Assembly: GCA_964249275.1 (NCBI GenBank)
Contig: CAXUCF010000001.1
Coordinates: 1-53,065, forward strand
Direction of reading: 5' to 3'
Source: an uncultured Lichenihabitans sp.
Lineage (GTDB): Bacteria; Pseudomonadota; Alphaproteobacteria; Rhizobiales; Beijerinckiaceae
DNA: 53,065 nt
Shown here: positions 37,355 through 46,752 of the stretch, one piece after another
How positions within the stretch are numbered: position 1 is the first letter of the stretch
Layout of the letters: the number at the start of each line of letters is the position of its first letter
Position numbers and translations under genes: made by a program
Notes under the pieces: generated by a model
Database searches by the model: none
What the model saw: only the letters and a program-made list of their open reading frames with translations
What the model was told of the DNA's origin: nothing

Positions 37355-37381
37355 GGTAACCTCCTAGGTGCATGAAAGCCG

Positions 37382-38281
37382 ATGGCCTTTATCGTTCTTG
37401 GCAATGTCACGGTGGACGAGGCGATGACGACGCCCGTCTGGCCGACACCCGGCGAGACGGTCGTGGTCGGACAACCGCGTCGCGATCTCGGCGGCAAGGG
37501 CGCCAACCAGGCGCTCGTCTTGAGGCACGCCGGCGAGGCTGTGCGCTTCGTTGCGGCCATCGGGCAAGACGACCTCGCGGAATGGATCGTCGAAACCCTC
37601 GAGCTTGACCGCTTCGACACCGCCGCGCTGCTGCGCCTGCCGATGCCGAGCGATCGGTCGCTCATTTTCGTCGGTCCGGACGGAGAAAACGCGATCGCAT
37701 CCATCACCGGCTGCTCGGCCGCCATTACGCCCGAAGACGCCGTGGCGGCGCTGCGAGGCACGGCGGCGGGTGACGTTCTCGTTCTTCAAGGCAACCTGTC
37801 GTTGGCCGCGACGGAAGCGGCGTGTCTCGAGGCGCGCCGGCGCGGCGCCCTCACGGCGTTCAATCCCTCGCCCCTGCAGGCTGGCTTCGTGACCCTGCTT
37901 CCGCTGGTCGACCTTCTGGTCGTCAACGAAGGCGAGGCGGTCCAACTCGCCGGAGCACAGGCCCCTCAAGACATGCTGCGCCATCTCCATCGCGCCGGTG
38001 CCGCCGACGTCGTGTTGACCTTGGGGGGGCGCGGCTCGATGTCCTTCGGCGGCCGCGGAGCGGCGGAAGCCGCCGCACAGACCGTGACGGTCCTCGACAC
38101 GACGGGCGCGGGTGACACCTACATGGGCGTCTTGGCGGCGGGGCTCTTCGGACGGCGGCTGCCGGTGGCAATGGCTATGAAAGCCGCGTCGGCGGCCGCG
38201 GCCATCACGGTCGGGCGCCGCGGCACTTGGTCGGCGTTTCCGACCGTGCCGGAGATCGCGAGCGTCTTCGCGCTGCTGTGA
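37382..38281 (+). CDS. Ribokinase-like PfkB kinase
   Basis: GGKGANQA, NPSP, VNEGEA, VLTLG, DTTGAGDTY. Confidence 0.92.
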   Translation: MAFIVLGNVTVDEAMTTPVWPTPGETVVVGQPRRDLGGKGANQALVLRHAGEAVRFVAAIGQDDLAEWIVETLELDRFDTAALLRLPMPSDRSLIFVGPDGENAIASITGCSAAITPEDAVAALRGTAAGDVLVLQGNLSLAATEAACLEARRRGALTAFNPSPLQAGFVTLLPLVDLLVVNEGEAVQLAGAQAPQDMLRHLHRAGAADVVLTLGGRGSMSFGGRGAAEAAAQTVTVLDTTGAGDTYMGVLAAGLFGRRLPVAMAMKAASAAAAITVGRRGTWSAFPTVPEIASVFALL

Positions 38282-38295
38282 CTCGCCTGGAAAAG

Positions 38296-39357
38296 TCATG
38301 TCGCGGCGAACACGGCGCGCGGGTTCGCGACCATCATCGTCTGGCACTGCTCGGCCGTCACGCCATGCCGCTGGAGGCGCGGCAGGAAATGGCGTTGCAC
38401 ATAGGCGTAACCGAAGCCGCCGTGGCGGGTGAGCATCATCTTGAGGAAGACATCCTGCGAAAGCAGGATCTTGGCAGCGAATCCCGCGTCGATCAGTCGT
38501 TTGATGGCGGCGGCATTCTCATCGTCCGACGGCGATTGCACCTGCTGGTCGGCATACCAGAAATCCATGCCGATCATGTCGTATTCGAGAAAGGCTCCGC
38601 GTTCGGCCAGTGCGATCTGGTAGGGCTGATCGGCTCCCGAGGGGTTCATATGGCACAGCACGGTGTGTGCTGGATCCCCACCCTCCTCCTCCACGATGTC
38701 GAGCACGCGATGGGCGAGGCGGAACCAACCCGGCAGATGGACCATCAGGGGCAATTGCGTGCGCGACTGGGCGCGCGCGGCGCCGCGCAAGGACTTCTCC
38801 TCCTCGGCGGTAAAATCCGACGATACGCCGATCTCGCCGATCAGCCCGATCTTGACGCCCGCACCCTCGACACCGTCGAGTGCCTCGCCGACGATCTCGT
38901 CGGCGACCGCGCCGATCGACATTCGCGCAAGACTGTCGGGGTGGGAGGTCTGCAGGTAGTACCCCGCGCCCATGACGATGTTCAGACCCGTCGCGGCCGC
39001 GATTCGCCGCAGTGCCGAGGGATCCCGGCCGATGCCACGGCAGGTCGGATCCACGACCGTGCGACCGCCGAGCGCCACCACGGGCATGAGCTCCTCGATC
39101 GCCAGCGCCTCGTCGTCGAGCGTGCAATTTTCGCGATTGACGAAAGGGTCCATCCGCAGCTCGCCCAAGATGTCGGTCTCGACCGGGCCATGGGCCAGAC
39201 ATTCACGCTCGGGCTCTTTCGGCTTGTTCCACCAGCAGCGGCAGTCATTGAGGATGTGCTCGTGCATCAGCGTGGGCCCGAGATCGTCGGCCGCGATGGG
39301 GCCAAGGACGGTCATGACCTGGCCGGAGCGGACGTGGGCTTGCGAACGTTCATCCAT
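38296..39357 (-). CDS. Phosphotriesterase-homology (PHP/PTE-like) metallohydrolase
   Basis: G.VMTVLGPI...LG.TLMHEH, IGEIG, MVHLP, LCHMNP, LLSQD: a complete binuclear metal ligand set. Confidence 0.92.
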   Translation of the reverse strand: MDERSQAHVRSGQVMTVLGPIAADDLGPTLMHEHILNDCRCWWNKPKEPERECLAHGPVETDILGELRMDPFVNRENCTLDDEALAIEELMPVVALGGRTVVDPTCRGIGRDPSALRRIAAATGLNIVMGAGYYLQTSHPDSLARMSIGAVADEIVGEALDGVEGAGVKIGLIGEIGVSSDFTAEEEKSLRGAARAQSRTQLPLMVHLPGWFRLAHRVLDIVEEEGGDPAHTVLCHMNPSGADQPYQIALAERGAFLEYDMIGMDFWYADQQVQSPSDDENAAAIKRLIDAGFAAKILLSQDVFLKMMLTRHGGFGYAYVQRHFLPRLQRHGVTAEQCQTMMVANPRAVFAAT

Positions 39358-39369
39358 GGCGCGTGATTC

Positions 39370-40365
39370 TCAGCTTCGGCGTTTCGTGGTTCCGAGGCGA
39401 TCGAAGATGCGGGTGTTCAGCCAGATCGCGATGAGGATGATGGCCCCCGTGACGATCTGGGTGAAGAAGGGGTTGATATGCGCCAGGATCAGGCCGTTGC
39501 CGATCACCGCGATCGTCAGCGTACCGAGCACGGTGCCGATGATGGTGCCGCGCCCGCCTGAGAGCGACGTACCGCCCAGAACCACCGCGGCGATCACGTC
39601 GAGCTCGACCCCGACGGCCGCGTTCGAGGAACCTGACCCGAGGCGGGCCGCGATGACCAGCGCGGCGAGCGCCGAAGCGGTCCCGCTCAGCACGTAGACC
39701 GAGGCGATCGTGGCTTGCGCCGGCATGCCGACGCGTCGCGCCGCCTCCGTATTGGCGCCCACCGCCACCAAGCGGCGACCGTAAACGGTGGTATTCAACA
39801 CGATGTAGCCGACGACGGCGACCATGAGCCCGAGCAACGCCGGGTAGGGCACGCCGAACATCGTGCCGCGCCCAATGACGAGAAACAGGCTCGGCGGGAT
39901 CAGGATGGAGAAGCCGCCGGTGAGCACCAGGGCGCAACCTCGGAGCGCCGAGAGCCCTGCCAGTGTCACGATGAAGGCGGGGATGCGCTGATAGGCGACG
40001 AAAAAGCCCTGGGCGAGACCGATCAGCGCCCCGAACGCCAGCGTCAGGAGCACCGTGATCGGCCAGTCGAACCCCGATTTCAGGAGCACCGCCGCCATCG
40101 AATTGACGAGCGCCACGATGGAGCCAACGGAGAGATCGATGCCGCCCGTGGTGATCACCAGCGTCATGGCGATGCCGATGATGAGGTTCGGCGCCGCCTG
40201 TCGCAGGATGTTCAGCATGTTGCCTGGTTCGAGGAATACACTCGACAGCGACGCGAACACGACGCAGCACAGGACGAAGAACAGGGTGATGGAAAGCACA
40301 TGGGCGTGCGACTGGAAGAAGTCGTGCCGCCGCGAGCCCACCTGGCGTTCGGTATAGGCCGTCAT
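39370..40365 (-). CDS. Sugar ABC transporter permease
   Basis: GGIDLSVGS, IPAFIVTL, ELDVIAAVVLGGTSL.GG.G. Confidence 0.95.
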   Translation of the reverse strand: MTAYTERQVGSRRHDFFQSHAHVLSITLFFVLCCVVFASLSSVFLEPGNMLNILRQAAPNLIIGIAMTLVITTGGIDLSVGSIVALVNSMAAVLLKSGFDWPITVLLTLAFGALIGLAQGFFVAYQRIPAFIVTLAGLSALRGCALVLTGGFSILIPPSLFLVIGRGTMFGVPYPALLGLMVAVVGYIVLNTTVYGRRLVAVGANTEAARRVGMPAQATIASVYVLSGTASALAALVIAARLGSGSSNAAVGVELDVIAAVVLGGTSLSGGRGTIIGTVLGTLTIAVIGNGLILAHINPFFTQIVTGAIILIAIWLNTRIFDRLGTTKRRS

Positions 40366-41168
40366 GCGTGAGCCACTTCTCCCACGATCAGGCGGACGAT
40401 GTCCTCGAGATTGGTCTCGCCGATGCGGCGCTCGGCGACCTTCACGCCCTCATACATCACGGCGATGCGGTCGCAGACGCGGAACAGATCCTGCAGCCGA
40501 TGGGTGATCAGGATCACCGAGACACCCCGGGCCTTCACGCGGTCGATCAGCTTGAGGACCGCCTCGACCTCGGCGACCGCGAGGGCCGAGGTCGGCTCGT
40601 CCATGATGAGAACGCGCGGCTCGAAGGAGGCCGCGCGCGCGATGGCGATCGCCTGCCGCTGTCCCCCCGAGAGTTGCGCCACGTTGGCGGACAGGTTGGG
40701 AATGCGGATCTCCAGTCTCCGGAGCATGTCGTGCGCGCCCCGCAGCATCGCGCGCTGGTCGAGAAAAGGGCCGCGTCGCAGCTCGCGTCCGAGATAGAGG
40801 TTGCCCGCGACATCGATCGTGTCGCACAGGCTCAAATCCTGGTAGACCATCTCGATGTGGCGGGTCCTGGCCTCGTTCGGACCGGAAAGGTTGAGCGTCT
40901 CACCGTCGAGCGCGATCGTCCCCTCGTCGGCGATGTAGGTGCCGGCGAGGATCTTGGTGAGCGTCGACTTGCCGGCGGCATTGTCGCCGACAATCCCCAG
41001 GCATTCGCCGGGCCAGAGATCGAGGTCGACGCCGCGCAGCGCCTGGATGGACCCGAATGTCTTGCGGATGCCGCGCACGCTCATGCGCGGCATCGTTCCT
41101 GCCGCAAAAGCGGCCGGAACGACGGCCTGCGCGGCCGGTGCTGGAGCCGAGGCCCCGACCGACATCAC
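40362..41168 (-). CDS. Sugar ABC transporter ATP-binding protein (single NBD)
   Basis: GDNAAGKST, LSGGQRQ, MDEPTSAL. Confidence 0.95.
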   Translation of the reverse strand: MMSVGASAPAPAAQAVVPAAFAAGTMPRMSVRGIRKTFGSIQALRGVDLDLWPGECLGIVGDNAAGKSTLTKILAGTYIADEGTIALDGETLNLSGPNEARTRHIEMVYQDLSLCDTIDVAGNLYLGRELRRGPFLDQRAMLRGAHDMLRRLEIRIPNLSANVAQLSGGQRQAIAIARAASFEPRVLIMDEPTSALAVAEVEAVLKLIDRVKARGVSVILITHRLQDLFRVCDRIAVMYEGVKVAERRIGETNLEDIVRLIVGEVAHA

Positions 41169-42100
41169 TTGTAGGCGGCCCGGTACTTGTCGACGTTCGC
41201 CTTGGTGACGATCTCGATCGGAACCTTGATGGTCGCCTCGACCTTGCCGCCGCTCGTCAACGTGTCGAGCGCCTTGACGGCCTTGTAGCCTTCCTGGTCC
41301 GGCGCCTGCTGGACCACGGCCACCACGGTTCCGGCATCGATAGCCGCAAGCGCCTGCGCGCTGAGATCCCAGCCGAAGATCTTCACCTTGTCGCGCCCTT
41401 GGCTGGCCGCCGCCGCGATGGCGCCGATCAAGGCGGGCTCTCCCGTCGCATAGATTGTGTCGAGCTTCGGGCTCCCGGTGAGGAGGTTTTCCCCCGCCGC
41501 GAGAGCCTGATCCTGGATGTTGCGTCCGTCGACCACGCCGACTTTGGTGATCCCGGCGTCCGCCCCCGCGACCGATTCGAATCCCTTCTGCCGCAGTAAT
41601 TGCAGGTTGGAATTGAGCGCCCCGACGACGCCGAGCGACGCCTTGCCGTCCATGTTCTTCTTCACGTAATCGACGTAGAAGGTCCCCATCTCCTTGCCGG
41701 CCGCCTCGTTGTCCACGGTGATCCCGGCCTTCTGCGGCCCGGGCGGCAACGCGGCGTCGACGGAGACCACGGGAACCCCGGCCTTGTCGGCGGCCTTGAC
41801 CGAACCCATGATCCCGTCGGGATCGACAGCCACGAGAATGATGCCGTCCACCTTCTGCTGGATGTAGGTGTCGAACGCGTTGTCCTGCGCCGAAGCTGAA
41901 TTGTTGGCGTCGAACACGACGAGCTTGTCGCCCTTCTCGTCGGCCGCCTTCTGGGCGCCCTTCGTGATGTCCGTGAAGAACGAGACCTGCTGGTTGTACT
42001 GGATCAAGGCAAAGGTCTTGCCCTTGGCCTGCGCCGCTCCCGCCATCAAGGCCAGGGCTGCGACCGTGCCGGCCAGTCTACGAAGATGTTGATTGGGCAT
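41165..42100 (-). CDS. Sugar ABC transporter substrate-binding protein
   Basis: Signal peptide; QKVDGIILVAVD, VPVVSVD, IYATGEPAL, VKIFGWD. Confidence 0.92.
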   Translation of the reverse strand: MPNQHLRRLAGTVAALALMAGAAQAKGKTFALIQYNQQVSFFTDITKGAQKAADEKGDKLVVFDANNSASAQDNAFDTYIQQKVDGIILVAVDPDGIMGSVKAADKAGVPVVSVDAALPPGPQKAGITVDNEAAGKEMGTFYVDYVKKNMDGKASLGVVGALNSNLQLLRQKGFESVAGADAGITKVGVVDGRNIQDQALAAGENLLTGSPKLDTIYATGEPALIGAIAAAASQGRDKVKIFGWDLSAQALAAIDAGTVVAVVQQAPDQEGYKAVKALDTLTSGGKVEATIKVPIEIVTKANVDKYRAAYK

Positions 42101-43154
42101 GTGTCTCACCTTTTCGCCGTGGCGGGTTCCGCTTTCGCGCCGCGGGAGGCGCCACCGACCCCCGCACGACCAATTCGACCGAGAGCCGCTCGACCGCGCT
42201 CTTCATACGGGTGCCGGCCATTCCCGAGACCAGGAGCTCGACGGCACGTCGGCCCATCTCTTCCACGGGCTGCCGGACGCAGGTCAGCGGCGGATTGAAG
42301 AGATGAAAAGGCGCAACGTCGTCGAAGCCGATGATCGAGAGGCGCTCCGGAACCCGGACGCGCTCACGCGCGAAAACTTCGAGGGCGCCGATCGCGATCT
42401 CGTCGCTTGAGACCAGGAGGGCCGTGACGCCCTCGTCCCCTGCCAAGAGGCGCTCGGCGGACCGGCGTCCGTCCTTGACCGAATAGGCGCCGTAGAAGGT
42501 GGTGACGATCTGCGCGTCGGGTGCATGCGCGGCGATCGCCCGACGGCATCCGGCCAGCCGCTCGCGCGTGCTCATCATGCGCTCGGGGCCCGCGAAGAAG
42601 GCGATGCGGCGGTGCCCGGCCTCCACTAGGTGCCGGCCGGCCAGGTAGCCGCCCTGCTCGTTGTCGCTGAAGATCTTCGGCCCTCGTGCGTCCGGCACGT
42701 CCTCGTCGAGGATGACGACACGGCGGCTCGCCCGACTGATCGGCTCGACCAGCGAACCGTCATCGGGGCTGTTGGTCGCGAAGAGCAGGCCATCGATATG
42801 GTTGCTGGCGAGCCGCCTCAGGTATTCCCGTTCGCGCGCCCGCTGGTTGAGCGTGGCGCAAAGCACGAGCGCTAGCCCATGGAGGTCGGCCGTCCGCTCC
42901 ACGGCGGCGGCGAGCCGCGCGAAATAGGCATTGCCAATGTCGGGGATGACCAGGCCGATCGTATCCGAGCGCCCACGGCTGAGACTGCGGGCATGCGGGT
43001 TCGGATGGTAGGCAAGGTCCTCGATGGCGCGCTGGATGCGATCCACGGTCGGGCCCGGCAACTGGATTCGGCCGTTGAGGTGACGCGACACGGTCGCCAC
43101 CGACACTCCCGAGCGCTGCGCTACGTCGATCAATCGTGCGATCCCGCCGGCCAT
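42078..43154 (-). CDS. LacI-family transcriptional regulator
   Basis: RLIDVAQRSGVSVATVSRHLN HTH, YHPNPHARSL, IIGFDD, PPLTCVRQP. Start ATG 43154. Confidence 0.95.
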   Translation of the reverse strand: MAGGIARLIDVAQRSGVSVATVSRHLNGRIQLPGPTVDRIQRAIEDLAYHPNPHARSLSRGRSDTIGLVIPDIGNAYFARLAAAVERTADLHGLALVLCATLNQRAREREYLRRLASNHIDGLLFATNSPDDGSLVEPISRASRRVVILDEDVPDARGPKIFSDNEQGGYLAGRHLVEAGHRRIAFFAGPERMMSTRERLAGCRRAIAAHAPDAQIVTTFYGAYSVKDGRRSAERLLAGDEGVTALLVSSDEIAIGALEVFARERVRVPERLSIIGFDDVAPFHLFNPPLTCVRQPVEEMGRRAVELLVSGMAGTRMKSAVERLSVELVVRGSVAPPAARKRNPPRRKGETHAQSTSS

Positions 43155-43155
43155 G

Positions 43156-43182
43156 TGTAACCGCTTTAGTAAACCGCTTACA
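43156..43182. promoter_or_regulatory. Tandem LacI-type operators
   Basis: TGTAACCGCTTTAG (43156-43169) and GTAAACCGCTTACA (43169-43182) both carry the LacI-family AAnCGnTT core and abut the lacI start codon. Confidence 0.7.
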
Positions 43183-43347
43183 GATTGCCACATGCATGGC
43201 GCCGTGCAAGGGAATGTTTTTGGCAATTCCTGCCCATTTGTCGGGCTCGCGGTCGAAGGATGAGCACCGGCCGACGGCTGCGCACGGCTTGATCGCCGGC
43301 GCGCGTGGCGTAAGGGTGAGCCACGCTCACGGAGCCCGGAGGGTCGA

Positions 43348-43728
43348 TTGGACATCAACAAGCCCAAGGTGGTCGCGGAAGTGCGGGCCGCGTTCGACGA
43401 TTACGAGTCAGGCCTGCGCACCGCCAACGCGCCGCTCCTCGATCGGCTGTTCTGGAATGCTCCGCACACGGTGCGATATGGGGCGGGCGAGAACCTGAAT
43501 GGGCACGACGCCATTGCGGCCTTCAACGCACGCCGTCGGCCGCTCGGCTCCAGCCGGAAGCTCGCCCACACGGTGATCACGACCTATGGCGAGGACGCCG
43601 CGACGGTGTCGACGCTGTTCATCGAGCCGCCCCCTGGAACGATCGGCCGGCAGATGCAGACCTGGATGCGCATGCCGGAGGGCTGGCGGGTGGTCGCGGC
43701 CCATGTCAGCGTGATCCCAGAGCCCTGA
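43348..43728 (+). CDS. AtzH/HpxZ-like (DUF3225) NTF2-fold protein
   Basis: IN.P.VVAEV.AAF..YE..L......LD.LFW....TVRYG.GENL.G, GRQMQTW.R..EGWRVVAAHVS. Confidence 0.9.
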   Translation: MDINKPKVVAEVRAAFDDYESGLRTANAPLLDRLFWNAPHTVRYGAGENLNGHDAIAAFNARRRPLGSSRKLAHTVITTYGEDAATVSTLFIEPPPGTIGRQMQTWMRMPEGWRVVAAHVSVIPEP

Positions 43729-43879
43729 CGGACGCTTCCGCATTTGGCACTGTGGTCGGCTTGGCGGCGCAGGTCGCGTTCGGCAAGAAGCCGGCCCTTC
43801 GCGTCCAGATCCGGGCAGCCGCAGGAAAGTCCATTACGCGGCTGCCCCGGGCGCGGTCGCGCGGCGGCGCCCTGGTACA

Positions 43880-45097
43880 TCATCCTTCCGGCTGCGGGCT
43901 CGCGAACTCCGTCTGTTCGAGCGCTTGCGCCATCCCGATCAATTGCAAATCGGATCCTCCCCATCCGATAAGCGACACCCCGACAGGGATCGATCCCGCC
44001 CTCGCGAACGGCAGGTTGACCTGCGGCAAGCCGGTCAGACCCGCAATGCAGGTCAGCTCGACCAACCGATCGACGGCGAGGTTCATCTCGGAAAGTCGCG
44101 CGTCACGAAGGATCGGCAGGATCGGCGTCGTCGGCAGCAGCAGGACTCGGCGACCGTCAAGGATGCTTTCTATGCGTCGCCGAGCATATTCGCGGAAGCC
44201 GCGGCCCGCGGCAGCTTCAGCGGCGCTTAAGTGGGCCGCTGAGGCGAGGGCGCGGGCGACCTCGAATGAGAAACGTGGGTTGCAAGCATCGATCCAGGCC
44301 GCGAAAGTGCGGCCGAATTCATCGCTTTGGAGCCGTCGCTGTTGGCAAGCCCACTCGGCGAGGCCATTTTCGGCAAGCCGGACTTCAGACATGCGGGCGA
44401 GCGTCGACCGCAAGCGTGCTACCACGGGGTCGAGAGCTGCCCGGATTTCCGGGTCCGCGATCGCGAAGCAATCGGCGGCCAGAACGATCTCGGCCGGTAG
44501 TTGGGGCGCCACGCGCCCACCGAGCAGAACGGCAGCGGTACGCGCGAAAGTGGCGGCGTCGCGAGTGAAAAACCCGACCGTATCGAAGCTGGGCGACTGG
44601 GTCATGAGCCCATCGACAGAAATCTGCCCATAGGTCGGGCGAAGCCCATAAAGCCCGCAGAAGCTCGCCGGGACGCGCACTGACCCGCCCGAATCGGTGC
44701 CGAGCGCGATGTCCACCACCTCGCTTGCAACGGCCGACGCCGAACCGCTCGACGAGCCCCCGGGTACGCGATCCGAGGCCCGCGGGTTCAACGGCGTTCC
44801 CTGGTGCCGATTGATCCCCAGCAGCCCTAGCGATATCTCGTCCGTGATGGTTTTGCCAAGGAGATCGGCGCCCGCGTCGAGCAAGGCCTGTACGGCCCAC
44901 GCCGAGCTTGCCGCTGGCCCGTGGGTCGAGGCCCAGTCCGGGTTGCCACATCCGGTTACCGTGCCCGCGACATCGAACAAATCCTTGGCCGCAAACGTCA
45001 GCCCATGCAGCGTTCCCGCGCGCTGCCCCAACCGGCGCGTATCGTCATGCGGCACAAAGGCGCCGAACCGCTGGTGACAATCGAGTACGCCGTTCAT
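43880..45097 (-). CDS. Amidase-signature family amidase (short form)
   Basis: FAAKDLFD, PGGSSSGSA, LGTDSGGSVRVPAS. Likely start ATG 45097. Confidence 0.9.
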   Translation of the reverse strand: MNGVLDCHQRFGAFVPHDDTRRLGQRAGTLHGLTFAAKDLFDVAGTVTGCGNPDWASTHGPAASSAWAVQALLDAGADLLGKTITDEISLGLLGINRHQGTPLNPRASDRVPGGSSSGSASAVASEVVDIALGTDSGGSVRVPASFCGLYGLRPTYGQISVDGLMTQSPSFDTVGFFTRDAATFARTAAVLLGGRVAPQLPAEIVLAADCFAIADPEIRAALDPVVARLRSTLARMSEVRLAENGLAEWACQQRRLQSDEFGRTFAAWIDACNPRFSFEVARALASAAHLSAAEAAAGRGFREYARRRIESILDGRRVLLLPTTPILPILRDARLSEMNLAVDRLVELTCIAGLTGLPQVNLPFARAGSIPVGVSLIGWGGSDLQLIGMAQALEQTEFASPQPEG

Positions 45098-45184
45098 GCA
45101 TTTCCCTGTTCGTCGTTTTTGTCCCTTCCGTGCACTCACAGAAGGGAATCGCGACACGCGGTCCAAGTGGCAAGGTCGCTAAGC

Positions 45185-45380
45185 TGTGCCGACCAGCCGC
45201 AATTTAGCCCGGAAATTTCACTGTGAGGTGACGAGTGTTCAGAGGATGAGAGCCCATGACCCCCATCTATCTTACAGCATCGCGTTCAAGGGCCAGGTCG
45301 CGCAACACTTCATCTCTGGGGAAACGCTGCATGGCTTAGCCAAGCAGCATTGTTTGTCGCGCAACCTGATCCGTCTTGAA
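45185..45380 (+). mobile_element. IS3-family remnant (left end plus truncated orfA)
   Basis: YSIAFKGQVAQHFISGETLHGLAKQHCLSRNLIRL resembles an IS3 OrfA HTH. A TG-initiated putative terminus lies at 45185. No orfB follows. Confidence 0.65.
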
Positions 45381-45936
45381 TGGCTGCTTCGAGAGCGCAC
45401 GTCGGCAGCCTGAGCGACTGACATCGGCGCTCTGCAGCCGGCTGGCCGCACCACGGCATGTCTGCTCTGGAGCAACCCGCCCTCGACGCCGAACGACGGA
45501 TTTGGGTCGACTCCGGCCCGTTCACCGGTCGTGACCGAATGTCCGCAAATTGGCAATGAGCCAACGGCAGCTCCTGGCGCAAGCTCACCATCCAATCCGC
45601 GTGTCGTCGGCCTGGAAACATAAGGCTATTGCTGACACCCCGTCCGGCCCGATTGCTTCATAGAGAGCCTGATCCGCCCCGCGACTCGGTCGCTGCGGGC
45701 AGCATAGCTGTGCGGCACAAGCACGGCACTGTGTGGCTGCTCACCCGGAACGAAGCGCGGGAGGACTAGACGCGTACGCCTGTTGGGAGACAACATCGCC
45801 AAGCGGCTGGACACCGGTGCCGCTGCTCGCAGAGCGGGCCAACGCTGGCGACCTGGTGGCCGGCCGCAGCTGATTGATTGCCATTGTGGCGGACGAGGAC
45901 ATGGCTACGATGGCGATGTCGTCGTCGAGGGCCCGA

Positions 45937-46494
45937 CTAATGGGCGTCGAGGTTGTCGCGAAAATCGTTGAGATCCGCATCGACGGACGAGAGCGCCTCG
46001 ATCCACTCGTGCATGGGTCCGCCCGTTACCGGGTCCTTGGCCGGGATGGGACACATCATGATGCGCTTGGCTGCGGCGCGGCGCAGCTCCTCGGTGAGGT
46101 GCTCCACCTGCATATTGTCCCAGTCACGGCCTTCGGGATAGCCGCCGACCATCATAATGTCATCCGAGTGCCCGACCATCACATGGGACACGCCGGCCGG
46201 CATGACGATCACGTCGCCCGCCTCGACCCGTACGTGCTTGCCGCCACGGCCGAACAGCTCAACCTCCATCCAACCTGTGCCGACGCCGAGACACTCATGG
46301 GTGGTCGAGTGAAAGTGCGGGTACGTGTAAACCCCCGGATAGCGCCAGTTGTTGTACCAACCGTTGGCTCGGAACCGCTCCCACACGGCGTCCACGCCTC
46401 CGCTCGCAACGCCGTTGCGGTGAACGAGTAGGGGAAAGCGACTGTTCGGCAGCAGACCGTTGGGCTTGGAGGCGTGTTTTTCGACCTCGGGCAT
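45937..46494 (-). CDS. Cupin-domain protein (YjlB-like)
   Basis: PNSRFPLLV, F.ANGW...W, HFHSTTHECLGV, AGDVIVMPAGVSH, VGGYP.G, DPV.G. ATG 46494 after AGGAG. Confidence 0.85.
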   Translation of the reverse strand: MPEVEKHASKPNGLLPNSRFPLLVHRNGVASGGVDAVWERFRANGWYNNWRYPGVYTYPHFHSTTHECLGVGTGWMEVELFGRGGKHVRVEAGDVIVMPAGVSHVMVGHSDDIMMVGGYPEGRDWDNMQVEHLTEELRRAAAKRIMMCPIPAKDPVTGGPMHEWIEALSSVDADLNDFRDNLDAH

Positions 46495-46752
46495 CGTCGT
46501 TCTCCTTTGAGCGCCGCCCGGCGCGGAAATGGGGCCATGCATGATGGCCCGCCGGCGGTCACATTATATCGCAGGGCGTTCCGCCCGGATATTAAAGCCT
46601 GGTGCTCCCGCGCGACCGGTTCGTCCATGCCATGTCTCGCATCGCGGGTGCGACTGCGGCGCGCGACCGCGTGACAGCGGCGGCGAAAGGCGAGAGGATA
46701 GGCGCTGGAGGGAACGTTCGGAGCCGCGGCGATTGAGCAGCGAGCCGGGCGT

